Assembly (NCBI RefSeq): GCF_009914755.1
Contig: NC_060925.1
Reading direction: 5' to 3' (one strand)
Source of the DNA: the human T2T-CHM13v2.0 reference genome, Homo sapiens
DNA length: 64,000 nucleotides
How positions within the stretch are numbered: the stretch's first letter is position 1; the number at the start of each line of letters is the position of its first letter. The notes under the pieces are model-generated. The model searched no databases, was not told the origin of the DNA, and saw only the letters and a list, made by a program, of their open reading frames with translations. The translations under genes were made by a program, and so were the position numbers. Shown here in pieces: positions 42,122-56,861 of this stretch.

Positions 42122-45100
42122 TCATTTTCATTCATTCTTCTATTGAAATTATACCAAATTCAGCTGAGGAATATGGAAGTAACTTTAGACTTAAACAAGA
42201 CAAAAGTTTTTTCACTGAAGAATTGACAAGTATTTGCTCCTTAAAACAATGCAGATTAGTGAACGTGGATTCCTGCTGAGGGAGTGCATCCCATAATATG
42301 GCAATAATTTTCAGTTTCTCCAACGAAAAGATAGTGAAGGAATTAAATCTTTTGTCCTCCCATGGTTAAAAAAAAAAAAAAGCTGTGTTCATTTTTACTG
42401 TACTATGCCTCTTTTTTCACCATAGTAGACAATTATGTTTCATTTGATGAATTCATAGAACTGGATCTCATACAGCGATGTCCTCTCTAATGTTCTACCT
42501 TTCAGTTTCTAAAGTGAGTCTTCCTCCCTCTCCTACAAAACTTTTCAATTTTTTGATGTAACTCATCTACAAATACTGTTTCTTACCCCAGTTGACTTGC
42601 CTTTGTCAGATTTCTTCTTGTTCCACACTATAGCAATCAATTTCTCTTCTTCCTTACAAGAAAGGGAACGAGAAATTGTAGCAACCTCTCAAGGATTATA
42701 TGCAGCTAGTTAGTTTTCTGCCTGTGAAATTAGGTCTGGCTCCTAAATAATTTTAAAGAACCATCAGCACTTCTAACTCTCTGGACAGGTGCCTCTTTGT
42801 CCAAGCTAGTTAAATGCTTTCCAAGGAAATCAGTTCAACTTTTGTGAGCGGGGAAAAGCAGGGCTTTATTGTTGTGTTACCTGGGAGTCTGGAGTTTGAA
42901 AAGTGCTAATTAACCTTCCTCTTTTTCCACATTACAAACCTTTTTAAGCAGCGCAGCACTCCCCTTAGATTTGGCTATCCTGGGTGATTTTCAGACAAGA
43001 ACCATTTTCTCTGGGGACCATTCTTCTGCTGGGTGCCAAGGAATATAAGGCAAATGCCCAGAAGACCTTCAGGTGACTGGGCAGTCTTATCATGGGATAT
43101 TTCTTCTGGCCCTGCCCCTTCCCATTCTGTAATGTGAATTAGCCACACCAGAGGCTGTGACCATGGCTAGTAGACAGTGGCAACATAGTCATCCCCAAGA
43201 TGCTAATCTTCTGCTGGAACTGTCATACGTTATCATGGTCAATGTAAACCTGGTTTGTGTGGGGTGATTATAAATAGAGTTTCCCTCCTCTCTGTGACAG
43301 AATCACAGGAGAAGGACCCATCTCGTGGCCTTCTTGTTCTTAGCGCTTCACTTTTACTTCATCCCTCGATTCCCAGCTTTTTCTATCATCATTTTACCAA
43401 CTCCTCAGATGCAAGACTTTGGTTATGTCATACTCACCAACGTTAGTCCCTCTCTTCCAGGTGAAAAGGTGGGTAGCGGTTGGGAGGGAGTCTCCACTGA
43501 AGAGCAGGAAGGTGGTAGCAGGGCCGGCAGCTCTGCCACAGAGCTAGGGGTGCCTGTAAGGTGCCGCCTAGAGCAGCCTGGGAGCTTTGCCTTCTTTTGT
43601 CTCTCACTAGCCCTTCTACTCTTTGTCATTGCCTGTTCTTGAGTGGATCTTTGAGATGAGGGGACAGGATTCTCCTAAGGGTAGAGTTTCAGGAAATGAG
43701 TGAAAGGCAATTGACAAATGCAAAGAAGTAGTCACTTTTTAAATTGCTGGCAAAGCTATAATTAATCCCTAGGCACAATTGTAGTTTTTATTTTAATGTT
43801 TGTATGCACAAGGCCCTTTAGGAAATGAGAAGTTGCCATGCCAGATTAATTTTTTTTTTTTTTTTTGGTGGGATTGCCTTTTGGGGGTTGCAGCCAGAAA
43901 TTGTGGGTAATGTGTGTATTTTTTTATTTATTAAATTTTAAACAGGATTGTGCAAGCTTATGAGACAATTAGATAAACTCATGGAGGAGGCAGGTCCTCC
44001 TGTTATTAGATGATTTTGTGCTCTTTGGGCTGACAATAATACACTCTTGAGAAGTGATGGTAGAGACTGATGGGAATAGTCTTTCTGCCTGGTTGCAAGT
44101 CCCAAATTTTTAAGGCTTAATGGAAGTAAGTGGATGTTTCCTCATGTTAACTACTGAATCAGATGTTAGGAGCTTGTCCCTTTGGGGTTGACTTATGCCC
44201 AGCAGTACAGGGACACAGCTTCATTAGAGTGTTAGTGTAAACTAACTCCAAAGTTAGGAGTTAATGTGAAAGGATCATCCTTGAAACAAGTCTGCTGTTT
44301 GCCATGCTTGTAGTACAGAAACTTCACATGGAGTTTTGGGTGGGATTTGTGTTTTCACAAGTAAAAAATCCCTCACGATTATAAAACTCAGAGCATCATC
44401 TAATTTTTTTTTTAATGACTACAAGTTCCAGCACAAAACTGGCATTTCTTTGCCATTTCTTGCCAGTAAGAAGTTGACACGGAGGTATTTGAAAGCAATG
44501 TTATGTGAGTCATTCTTAAGTGTTCCAAGTAAGTTTAGAAACAGAAAAGGAACTTGGGATTCAAATTGATTTTTCAAATCATTTTTAAAGAGACATCATC
44601 CTGACTAAATCTTAGCCTGAACCTTCCTCCCCTGTGTGTATTCCCCGGTAGTCACCGCAGCGAGATGCTGGTGAGACTGTCGTGGTGGCATTTAGCATCG
44701 TTAAAACTGGAAAACTCTCAAGCTCTTTGCCACTTTCCTACTATTTTTTGATTCTTGCCATTTTACCAAGCTTAGGTTGTGAAACTTGACAGAAATGTAT
44801 TACAGGAAAAGCTTATAATTGTATTTGACTTTCTAACACATTGCAAAGTTTCAAAGTGACTTTCACTTTCAACAACATATTAGAAGTAACCACTTTTGCT
44901 TTCACAGCCTGAAGAGTTAGAGCCTGATCTGATGCCCCCTTTCACTCTGAAGTCATGGGAAATTTTCCAGCCATGAAAGCCCTCTTTCCACTGCATACTG
45001 ATGGGCTGACTCAGCTTCCTTCAGCCGACTGAGATCTTTTCATACTATTGGCTATTTCATACCAATTAACCTCTTAAATAAGATTGTGAATTGCCAAAAT

Positions 45101-46326
45101 TGATAGACACTTATTACCACCTGTGGACTCCATATTCCTTACCACAAATGTTATTTTCATCAGTCCTGAGTCATTTTAACTTACAGAAATTAGGATTGTT
45201 GCTGCTAATATGAATACCAATTATAACTTTTAGAAACAAGAATAAAGCCTAAAAGAGAATGAAATATAAGAAATGTTCGTTCCCACCCCTAATAACATTT
45301 GGAAGTGAATATTCCCATTTTCTTCCACCCACAGGGATTGGGATTGATTTTTAATTTCCTAGGAAACAATACTAGACTACCCAAAAAGATGTTGCCAGAA
45401 TCCAAAAGGAACTATGCTCGTAAAAGAAATGCAGTTTTCTCCTACCTAAAAAAAAGAAAGTAAAGTGTGTTCTGTTCTTATCTTTTTAATGACTAAGCTT
45501 TAAACAGTTTATTTTGGGTAAGACTAGAACTTTCAGCCATTTGTTCTAATATCTGTGTTATTAGATGCAATAGAATTTATGAAAAGAAGAATGACAAAGG
45601 TATCTGATTAGAAAATTTGATCTTACGCATGAATCCATGTCATGGCCAGCCACTGTCACATAGTGGGTGCCATTCTCAACATATTGGTTTGCTAACTTTA
45701 AGCATTAGGGATTTAGCACACTAAAATACTTTTAATTATATTAGGTTTGGTAACTAAGGAGTAAATAAATCATAATTTATCATTTGCCAAGGCCAACAAA
45801 CAACACTATTGTGCTGTTTGCTCTCAATGAAGTTGAATAAACCAGGAGGCTTGGCATATCCCCTTTATGTTAATCCCAGCTAGAGATTAGTAGGTTGACT
45901 TTCACAGCAATTGTATATTGATCCATTTTAACTCATCCTTGCCATAATTTCCAGGCCAGTCACCAGGACAGAGGAGATGATGGGGAAACAGAGCTTTAGA
46001 TGAAAACTACTATGCACTACTAGCCTTAGAGGCACTGGTTTCCTGTTACCACTTTGGCAAGTATGGATGGTCTAAGTCCAGTAGGGCTTCATCCATGGAG
46101 CCATTAGAACTGAGGGGGGAGTGTTAGAGATGCCATTTCACCAGGATCTTTTTGCTCAGGTTGTACCCATGCCAATTGAAGAACGTGTTAAAGATGAGGA
46201 GGAGAGATGTACCATTCTCTCCCTTAATAATGATGTTGGTTTGCAAAACCTAAAGAAATAATAACAACAGACTATTTCATACTTTCAAGCAAGTCTTTAT
46301 ACTACCTGTTATTTCTCTAAAATTCA

Positions 46327-46332
46327 AATAAA
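46327..46332 (+). terminator. Distal poly(A) signal (AATAAA)
   Basis: AATAAA followed by TTGTTTATTCTGTATGT (U/GU-rich downstream element). Other AATAAA hexamers at 45241, 45764 and 45836. Confidence 0.75.
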
Positions 46333-46859
46333 GAATTTTTAAACTTACCTTGTTTATTCTGTATGTAGAAAGAGAGAAAAAAGCCCCCAAATGAATCTTC
46401 AGTGTTGGGGGGTTAGTAATGGGAAAGGAAGCCTGAAAAGGCTTTGTGGCTTGTGTTACTGTTCAGATGAAACTGTTGAACTATTTTCCACTCTTCTCCC
46501 AAGCCTAATTAAGTAAAAATTTCCTTTATTTAAGTGTCCAGATATTTAAACTACAATCTTATCAAGGAAAAAAAAATCTAAAAACCCATATTTTATCTAT
46601 GTCTTCAGGAAAGTGGGTTACTCGGTCACGCATCTTGTCCTCACCAAAGGCCTCTTCCCAGCTTGCAATGGCAAATGCCACCACACCTGAAGCTAGTCAC
46701 TGCAGACTGACAGCAAGGGATCCATCCAGGAGTAATTAATGCAGGCATTTACTGAGCACCCAATGATTACCTCTGACACTGGTTTATTAACTATATTATC
46801 TTATTTCAATCGTCTCTACATCCTATTTTGTAAGATGGTTATTAATAAGTAGTGGAGCT

Positions 46860-47167
46860 GGCTGGGTGCAGTGGCTCACGCCTGTAATCCTAGCACTCTG
46901 GGAGGCCAAGGCAGGTGGATCACCTGAGCTCAGGAGTTTGAGACCAGCCTAAGCAAAATGGTGAAACCCTGTCTCTACAAAAAATACAAAAATTAGCCAG
47001 GCATGGTGGCAGGTGCCTGTAATCCCAGCTACAAGCTACATGGGGAGCTGAAGTGGGAGGATCACTTGAACCCAGGAGGCGGAGGTTGCAATGAGCCAAG
47101 ATCACATCACTGCACTCCTGCCTGGGTGACAGAGTGAGACCCTGTCTCAAAAATAAAAATTAAAAAA
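46860..47167 (+). mobile_element. AluJb/Sz-like, sense
   Basis: Full-length Alu with a small internal duplication AGCTACA-AGCTACA. Confidence 0.93.
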
Positions 47168-48129
47168 TAGTGGCCCAATATTTGGGCCCAGGCAATTATG
47201 TGAATTATTCACCATTATATTATTCCACCTGCTGATACATAGATCTGGCATAAGTTCATGCCCTAAAAGAGCTCACAGTCAGCCCATGGAGCCATATACA
47301 TAAATTACAAAACTACAATAACATCAGGGTTCTCTGAGAGGCAAAACTACATTTGTTTCAGAAGATACTTTAATGGACTTATTTAGAAAATGAGACCCCC
47401 CCCCCCCCCCGCCCCCTCATCTAGGAGACCAACCTCAAATCACCTCTACTGCAGACAAAGTTAGCAGAGATTGGAGGGTAGAGGGTTGAACAGCAGAAAA
47501 GAGAAATGGGACCAAGGAATAGGGCTGGAGACTAAAGCCCCCAAGGGGAGTGTCATGAAAAGACCCCCTGGTGGCAGGAGGGCAAAGGACTTTTACAAAC
47601 TGTGATGCTGAAATGCAAATCCTCTTCATTGCCCCAACTCTTCAGTAAAAGCAGATACACAGTTTTGTATCAATGTTGCCTTGGGAGTGAGAGACTGAAG
47701 GTAGGACTCAACATGATATTACTAGTGAAGAAGAAGACAGCACAGCAAGATAATTCATACACTGAAGTGTCAGTGGACGTCAGGTGAAACAGGGAAATAA
47801 AAACTTCCAACCCCCCACCCCGCCCCCACAATCTTTATGGCATTGTCCCCTGGGACTTCTCACTCTATGTGGGATATGGTTCAAGCCAATTTTTGAATCT
47901 CAAAGGGTAACCACAAATGACATTTGGGTTATATAATACATGGTATCATAGATAGAGGGCCTCTTTAGCATTTACCCTGTAATTTACCTAACTGGTCCAA
48001 TTTTGGTAGAGATTTAAATCACTTCCAATGTTTTGCTCACCATAGGAAACCTATCGCATATTTCACTCCGTCGTATTCATTCGGCATGATCTGTGCAAAT
48101 GCCTGAAGAGAATCGTTCTCTTAGTTCAG

Positions 48130-48390
48130 TTCAGAGTAGGAGCTGATGCTTATTGAGGACTTAACCTTCCAGACATCATGCTAAGCCTTTACAAGCATTA
48201 GCTCATTTGAACTTTGCAGCAAGCCTTCATCATCGACATAATAATACCTATGTCTGTGAATTACAGATGAAGAAATAGTCACAAGAGATTAAGTAACTTG
48301 CCCAGGATCTCACAACTAGTACATAGCAGAGTTGAGATTTGAAATGAAGTCTGTCATGATTTTAAAGCCACATTCCTTCTACTATGCTAC
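48130..48390 (-). mobile_element. MIR SINE
   Basis: TTACAGATGAAGAAA...TTAAGTAACTTGCCCAGGATCTCACAACTAGT core. Confidence 0.8.
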
Positions 48391-50474
48391 ATTGTCATTC
48401 ATCCTTTGAAGTCATAAAGAGACAAATGAGTGAGGAAGAAACCAAGCCACACAACACAGGCAACCAGGGTATTGAGGCATGTTCAGGAAAGAGGGAGAGT
48501 CGCTAAGAGGCGAGGTCCAGCAGTACTCGAGGGTTTTCTATGAGTGACTCAGAAGGCATACACTCGATGCTGGCTGCATGCAGAGCCCATGCTGGGCTGC
48601 TGCACCAATTCTGCTAGACCTCAGTCCTTGTAGTCCCCATCTTGGACGAGTTACCCAGTGGGGTGGATACAAGCTGGCTCCTCCATAATTGAAGATCCTA
48701 GGCTCTCCTAACTCTCCTACTCTACTCATATCCAAAAGCCCACCCAAGTGTGGCATCCAGCTCCATCCCAGGATGTATCCACTGTTTTCCCTGTGATCAC
48801 AAGTTCTATAGAAAGTTTTCACTGCAGAATTAACTGCTGATGTGGATGCTGGACTATGAAATAGAGATGCTTGTGTAAGAGATCACTAATCTGCAGACCC
48901 AAAATTGAAATGGTTTGTTTCAGAAGTGAAGGATATATCTTTAAAATAAATACAACACACCATATTAATAAATGGATCATCTTGTAAGATTGAGTGCAGC
49001 AGTGTCAGTCCTAAAAGCTGTATCCATTTGGAAGGCGGACCTTGCAAGGCTAACAGAAAATACTGTTGCCAATTGTTTACAGTACAGCCCATATTTCTGC
49101 AAACATCAACTGGGTACAAAGGAAGAACTGAGAACCTCAAAAGCCATCTCAGATGCTCCTTCCCTAGGTGTCCTGCTTGACTTCTGAAGCCTCCGAGTTA
49201 TCTCCATTTCCTGAGCACCCAATGGAGCTTCGATTCTTGGGCTGCATTTCTTCATAGTGGGCTAGAGGCAATGGCCCTGGAATTTAAACATTTGCCACTA
49301 GTTCTAAGTGTTGTGCGAAGCTCCAACATCTACCATGGAGCTGTAGGAAACCATACAGATGAACTAGACAACATCCTTGACATGTCCTTTACATGTCTAG
49401 ACACATGAGTTATGTCTCTTCCATGGGACTATGTGGTCACCCTTCTGTCCCCACAGAAGAGTAAAGATCATTTCCAGGTGAGGGTAAGATTTCTGGTCAG
49501 CCTGAAAAAGAAAGTTCAGTTGGACACAAGCTACTCTCAGGAGAGTTTGGGGGTGGGAGGTTCATGGCCAGCATCTTTGCCATGGGCACAGATCTCACCC
49601 ACTCACTTGGCTGCTGGCCCCAGGACATCAAATGATCCATTTCGCCATATTGTCTCTGGTTTCCTGGAGTTGCTGGAATTCTTCTCTGCTAAGCCATTCG
49701 TTCACATGAGATCGACATGTTGTCCCCTTCCGCCTGGCAACCTTTAGGAAGACGGAATTACAGCAACCCCCACACATCCAACTAGGCTGTCTCCATCAAA
49801 TCACCAGCTAGGGGGAACAGGAAATTCGTCTTAATTTAGACAATATGAGCAGGAAAGATGCTGAAACACTTAATCTCTTGTTTTAAATGACTCTACAGGT
49901 CACCACCCAGGGGAGCACAACTAGAAGCACATTGCAAGTAGCAGCACGGTTGGGGCCGATTCCATCTTCCCAGGATTTATCATCTGGTACAAGGCAGCAG
50001 GGCTCAAATAGTCCAAGGAAGGAAAAGGCCACTCATAGAAAGATTGTTTTTGTTGCCATAGCAGCATCTTGTACTTATCCCTTCCTAACTCCCATCGCCT
50101 TTGCAATTACCAGGTAAACATTTATCATCCCTGTGGGACAGTGAGCTCCAGAAGAGCAGGAACCCTACTAATGTCTTGAATTCGATTTTTTTCCTCCAAA
50201 AGTGCTGTGGATATAGTGTGCTTGGGACATGGTGGTTTGGGCATTTTAGGCTAAATCAGGATTTCGTTGAATTATTGAGCATTTAGAAAGCCACAAATAT
50301 ACACTGTCCTTCCAGGAGTCTGCATGATAGACTGGCATTTGTCACACTGCACTAGCTACCGCACCCTATTCAGATATTCACAGGGCACAGAAGTTGCAGT
50401 ATGTGCGATGCCCAGTGCTGAGGCAGGACTGCAAGGGAAAACAGCAGAGATCCCTGCCTTCCCTTAAAAGATGA

Positions 50475-50806
<332 letters not shown>

Positions 50807-50894
50807 TTCCCCTTTTCTTTTCATCCTATTGCTTTTTCCTCTGGCTTCAGTCTGTGGCATATTAGAAATGGGCCTGGAAAGAGGATGTAAACCA

Positions 50895-51722
<828 letters not shown>

Positions 51723-52107
51723 GCAAAAAGAAAAAGAAAAAAAGAATTGATTAAGGAATCAGATGCATGCACTCAGCCAAGTCAGCCACCATCCAGGCTC
51801 GGGGGATGCATCCAGGACGAGAGGCGGAACCGGCTGCTTGCTCCCCAACAGGTCCACAGCTCTCCTGGGCACTGAACTCCTGGGAGCCCCTGCTTCGAAC
51901 CAGCACCCTTTGCTGTGGGAGGGGGCCGTCAGCCTCCCTGGAGCAGGTCTTCACTAGGTGGCTGGGAGAACCCCCAGCGCTGGGCAGGGGCACCCCAGAG
52001 AGAATGCTCGTGGCCCCTCCTTCGCAGCTCTGAAGGCAAGGTGTGTGCCCCAGGCTCCATGGGCAGAGTTGGCTAAAGGCTGGAATCCCCTTCACTTCAG
52101 CCCTAGC

Positions 52108-52285
52108 TTGGTGGTTCTCAAACTTTGCTGCACTTTGGAACCACCTGGGGACCTTTAACAAATACTGGTGCGTGGCTCCCACCCCCAGACATTCTGACTG
52201 AATTGGTAGAGGGTGTGACCTGGGCATAGGAGTGTGAACATTTCCCCAGGTGATTCTAATGTGCAGAAAAGCTTGGGAACCAATG
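52108..52285. mobile_element. MER5A1-like DNA transposon
   Basis: GTGGTTCTCAAACTT...CCCCAGGTGATTCTAATGTGCAG...GGGAACCA termini. Confidence 0.8.
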
Positions 52286-53773
52286 GACGCTGTCTTTTGA
52301 GGTCTAGTTCTGATGTTTATGGAGCAACACCATCCTAGAGGTTGAGGGTGGAGTAGGGTCCCTGGAACAAGAAAAAAAAATGCTTTTGGATAATCAAAGT
52401 CCAAACCTAGCAAACAGCTGGTAAAGAAAGGAGGGGAGAGAGGTAGGGGTGGGGGCTGGAAAGTGCTGGATTCACTTGTGGAGATGATGTCAGACATTCC
52501 TCTGCGATGTTAGAACGGGGAAATGCATGAAAATAACCATGGCTGTGAAAATGGAACTTTTTGGGAAATGGCATATTCTTGGAGGGAGAGGGAGCCGGGA
52601 GAAGGAGAGAGGGGGAGACGGAGAAAAGGGAGAGAGGAGAGGAGTGGTGGGGGGAGGCCCCGGCGCAGAGAGAATAAGATGGAGAGTCTGCTCCCAGACC
52701 TCAGGAAACTGGAAAAACAAAAACAAAAACAGAAAGATGTGAAAAGGACTGCAAAGGAAAGGAGAGAAGGTTTGGGTTGGGCAAAGAATGGGGAAAGAGG
52801 ATAACTGCTGACACAGAAGAAGCCTGAAGCAACAGAAGAAACGGTAAACCAGGAGGGAGAGAATAGTACACAAACCACAAACAGCGGGCCAGCCAAAGCC
52901 ACCCCACTTCGGGCTTTCAGGCCAGTGGGAGGCTGAGTGCACCCCTTCTCACAGCAGCCCTCAGGCAAGGGAGAAGACACTGCAATTTGCCTGTGTGTTC
53001 ATTCCCTTCTGTCCTGAAGGTTCTCTCCCCTCCAAACTTTGCAGAGCTCCTAGAGGAAGGAGCTCTGGGTCTGTGGCTAGAAAGCCAGACCCTCCCTCTT
53101 TGAAATCTCCCTGCTGGGGAGCCGGCTTGTGCTGCCATGGCAGCCAAGGGGCGGTGCCCCAGGGACAGGCAGGTGAGTTGTGGGTGCAGGCCTCTGTCTC
53201 CGTGACTGTTGGGGTGGAGGCAGCTCCCCCTCTCTAAGGTTGGCACCAGCCTGATTCTTAGATCTTACCCTAATGGCTTCTCTCAGGGAGAGACATCCAA
53301 ATATTGAGTCACAGAGGAAAAAAAAAAAAAACTTTGAAGACAAAACCAAGAAAAATTATACAGGTTCTTAAATTCCTAGAGGAAAGATTTGACTCCAACT
53401 TTGTACAAAATCAGGAGACGCCTCACAAGTGGGTGTGATTGTAACCCACCTGCTATGACAAGCCATCAGCAAAGTCAAAATACCAGCCCATGACACGGCC
53501 CCTCGGTTCTCAGTGTGCCCTGGGAGTGGGCGGGCAGGTCCCATCTTTGCTAGTGGGACAGCACAGGGTGGAGCAGGTATGAAGACCCTCACCAGCCCAG
53601 CCTGCAATCAGTGCTCCCCACCAGTGGAACTGTTTTCCTGACAGTGTCAAGATAGGTGAACCATTTGGGTTTATTCAAAGCTAATGTCAACATCAAGTGC
53701 TTCATGATGCTGAGTGTATCTACCAGCCAGTTTCACTCTTCCGTAGCATGGCAGGCCCCTCAGCACCTGGGCT

Positions 53774-54552
53774 CAGGCTGTCCTTTCGCCCTGGACTGTC
53801 CTCTCCCCCAGACTGTCCTATCCCCCAGACTGTCCTCTCCCCTGGACTGTCCTCTTCCCCAAGACTGCCCTCTGCCCCCCACGACTGCCCTCCCCCCTAG
53901 ACTGTCCTCTCCCTCAGACTGTCCTCTCCCCTCCCCTGGACTGTCCTCTCCCCCTGGACTGTTGTCCCCCTACACCTGCCCTCCCCCCAAGACTGTCCTC
54001 CCCCCCGAACTGTCCTCTCCCCTGGACTGTCCTGTCCCCTGGACTGTCCTCTTTCTCAGATTGTCCTCTCCCCCCCAGACTGTCCTCTCCCTCAGGCTGT
54101 CCTCTCCCTCAGACTGTCCTCTCCCCCTGGAATGTCCTCCTACACTGGACTGTCCTCTCCCTCAGACTGTCCTCTCCCCCTGGAATGTCCTCCTACACTG
54201 TCCTGTCCCTCAGACTGTCCTGTCCTCTCCTTCTGGACTGTCCTCTTCCCCCAGACTGTCTTGTCCCTCAGACTGTCCTCTCCCCATGAACTTTCCTCTC
54301 CCCCCGGACTGTCCTCTTACACTGGACTGTCCTCTCCCCCAAGACTGTCCTCTCCCTCAGACTGTCCTGTCTTCTCCCTCAGACTATCCTCTCCCTCAGA
54401 CTGTCCTGTCCCTCAGACTATCCTGTCCTCTCCACCTGGACTGTCCTCTTCCCCCAGACTGTCCTCTCCCTCAGACTGTCCTGTCCCTCAGACTGTCATC
54501 TCCCCCCAGACTGTCCTCTCTCCCTGACTGTCATCTCCCCTGGACTATCCTG
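53774..54552. repeat. Minisatellite/VNTR, ~17-18 bp unit (GACTGTCCTCTCCC[C/T]CA / CTG), roughly 44 copies
   Basis: Tandem degenerate units are directly visible; they explain the 343-aa and 131-aa low-complexity ORFs. Confidence 0.96.
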
Positions 54553-56795
54553 CCAGCTAGGTTTGAGGTGCTCTGGGGATTCACAGGACAGTGGTTTGTG
54601 CCCCACAGTGGAAAGCCGCCTTGCATGCCTCCAGACAGCAGTTTCCTGCAGAAGAGCCGCCTGGGGCCTCCGCTCCTCACCGCCTGACTGAACTCCCTTC
54701 TCTCTGCGCGGCTTCATGTCCATCCTGACCAATGGCCTGGCCTCACAGAAGAACAAAATGTGGACTGGCTTTCCTCAGAGTAAGAAATGCAGCAGAGCCT
54801 GGGGTCAGTGCCAGCTACTGGCCCTTCTTTTTCAAGAGAGAGGAGAGAAGTTAGGGGTGGGGTTCACCCTGGGTACCCAGGGGCCTGTCTCCTGCAGATC
54901 TGCAGAGAATAGGCCAGTGCGTTCTGCAGGAATGCCGTAACCCCAAGGGTGTTCCAGTGAAGGCCGTTTCTGTTCTGAAAATGCGCCACAGCAGGGTATG
55001 GCCACTCCATAACAGAAGTGGCCATTGTGAGGTGAGGGAGTCAGCACAGGGCTAGGGTCTTTCGGGGGCAGAGGGGAATTCCACTGCTGGAAGAGAGGGC
55101 TAGAGGGGCAAGGTGACCTAGGGGCCACTGGGCCCTGGTGGGTTCTAGGGGCTGTTGAAGGGTCAGAAGTCCTTCTGTGTGACCAGAACTGGAGCTCTCT
55201 GATGGCAGCCGACATCAGCCCATCAGCCCCTCTACTCTCCTGGCCGCGCTCTGACAGGACACAGAGACGTCCTCCAGCAACCAGGCTAGGGAGGAAAGCA
55301 CACACAGGCGTGAGTAGCTGGGAGGCGGCCAGATGCCAGGCAGGCTAAGACAAAGGTGCAGAAGCCCAAGGGAGAGGGGAGGAGAGGATGGGGCTGGGGC
55401 CTTCCTGTGGGAGGTGGGCTTTGGCTAAGGCCTAAGGGAGTGGGAGAGGTCAGTCAGGTCGTGACTGGGGAAGGACGCCTGTCCAGGCATGGCAGGGGTG
55501 AGAACAGCTTGAGCACAGGCAGGGAAGAGATATTCAGGAGCCATCGCAGCCTCCTGGCAAAGGCCTGTTTGGCCCCGGCAGAAGTGAAGCTGGTGGGTAG
55601 ACAACTTTCTGCATTCAAATACCACTTCGATGTGAAATCGGTGTTGAACAACCCTCCGAGGGCTCACATGGTTCCTTGAACTTGGGTAGCTCTGTCTCAA
55701 GAGAGTCATGCTGGAAGAGGTCCCCAGCAGGAGCTATGCAGGTGTCAGCCTGCAAAGTTGAGTCTGTTTCTTCGGAAGTCACAGAGCATTGCTCTTCTTC
55801 AGTGACCAAACACACCTCGTGTCCTCAGAGTCCTTGAGCCCAGTAGCCCTGGGGTGCAGGAATCCCTCCCACAGTGCTCTTGACAGGAGTCAATCTGGAC
55901 CCTGAAGCTCTTGTGGGTCCTCTCAGTGGCCCTTCCACTAGAGGAAGAACGAGTGTTGACCCTTCCCAATGGAATCCACATGTATTGAGCCCTCCTATGA
56001 GCCTAGGGGTCTACACGGCCTGTTCCTCCTTATACGGCTGACTGGACAAGGGGTGGATATGGTCAGTCCACATGCTCAGCATGGACAGATGAGCTGAGCC
56101 CCTCAGGAGTCTGAAGAGGACGGGGAGTCGTGGATGCTCGAGCTCGGGCGGCTTGGGGAGGCTCCTTGTGCTGCTGCTGAGCAGAAGTGAGAGAGCTCTG
56201 AGGGCTCAGAGGAGTATAATCCCAGCACTTTGGGAGGACTGACACAGTTCCAGAATTTCCTGTCCCAGTCCCTGAGAGGAGCATGAAGCTTCACTGAGTA
56301 TCTGTGGGACTGCCTGGGGCGCTCTCACAGCTAGCTTCTCTTTGAACCAGGCTGAGTGGGTTTCTGATCTCCACAACCAAGACATCCTTGCTAAGCGCAC
56401 AGCCCTCGGGCCTCTCCTAACCTCTGGGCTCAGGGGGGAAAAGCCAGCTTATCACAGAGGTTGGAGGGTGGAGCTGGGGTTCTTCTGAGGGCAGCTGGCA
56501 GACCTCCCACTTTTCTGTCCAACCCCAGACTTTCCTCTCCAACTCCAGACTTTCCTCTCCAAACCATAACTGAAGTTGCTGTGTGACTCTGGGAAGTTCA
56601 CCAGCGTTTTCCAGCCCTTTCCTGGCACCTGCTGCTGCTGGCCGCACTTTAACTCCCTCAGGCACTGCCAAATTTTCCTTGGTGCTCCAGAGCCAGGCAG
56701 GCTCCTCCAGAAAGAGAGAGCTCAGCTGAGGTCACATGGAAAATAACCCCAGAGCAGGGCCTGGCCCCAGGTTGCCTCAGCCAACCTCCCTTTGT

Positions 56796-56805
<10 letters not shown>

Positions 56806-56860
<55 letters not shown>
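56806..56860. repeat. (CT)n microsatellite with one interruption
   Basis: Direct observation. Confidence 0.95.

Positions 56861-56861
<1 letters not shown>

Noticed and set aside
51751-52980. 248-, 150- and 156-aa minus-strand ORFs
   Set aside because: They run through MER5 and GA-rich low-complexity sequence; no recognisable protein or exon structure.
53774-54552. Possible CRISPR-like repeat array
   Set aside because: The units are contiguous with no unique spacers, and the context is human.
53656-54687. 343-aa ORF (longest in the window)
   Set aside because: It is a translation of the minisatellite (DCPLP/LSSP/TVL repeats), starts at a non-ATG codon and shows no recognisable domain.
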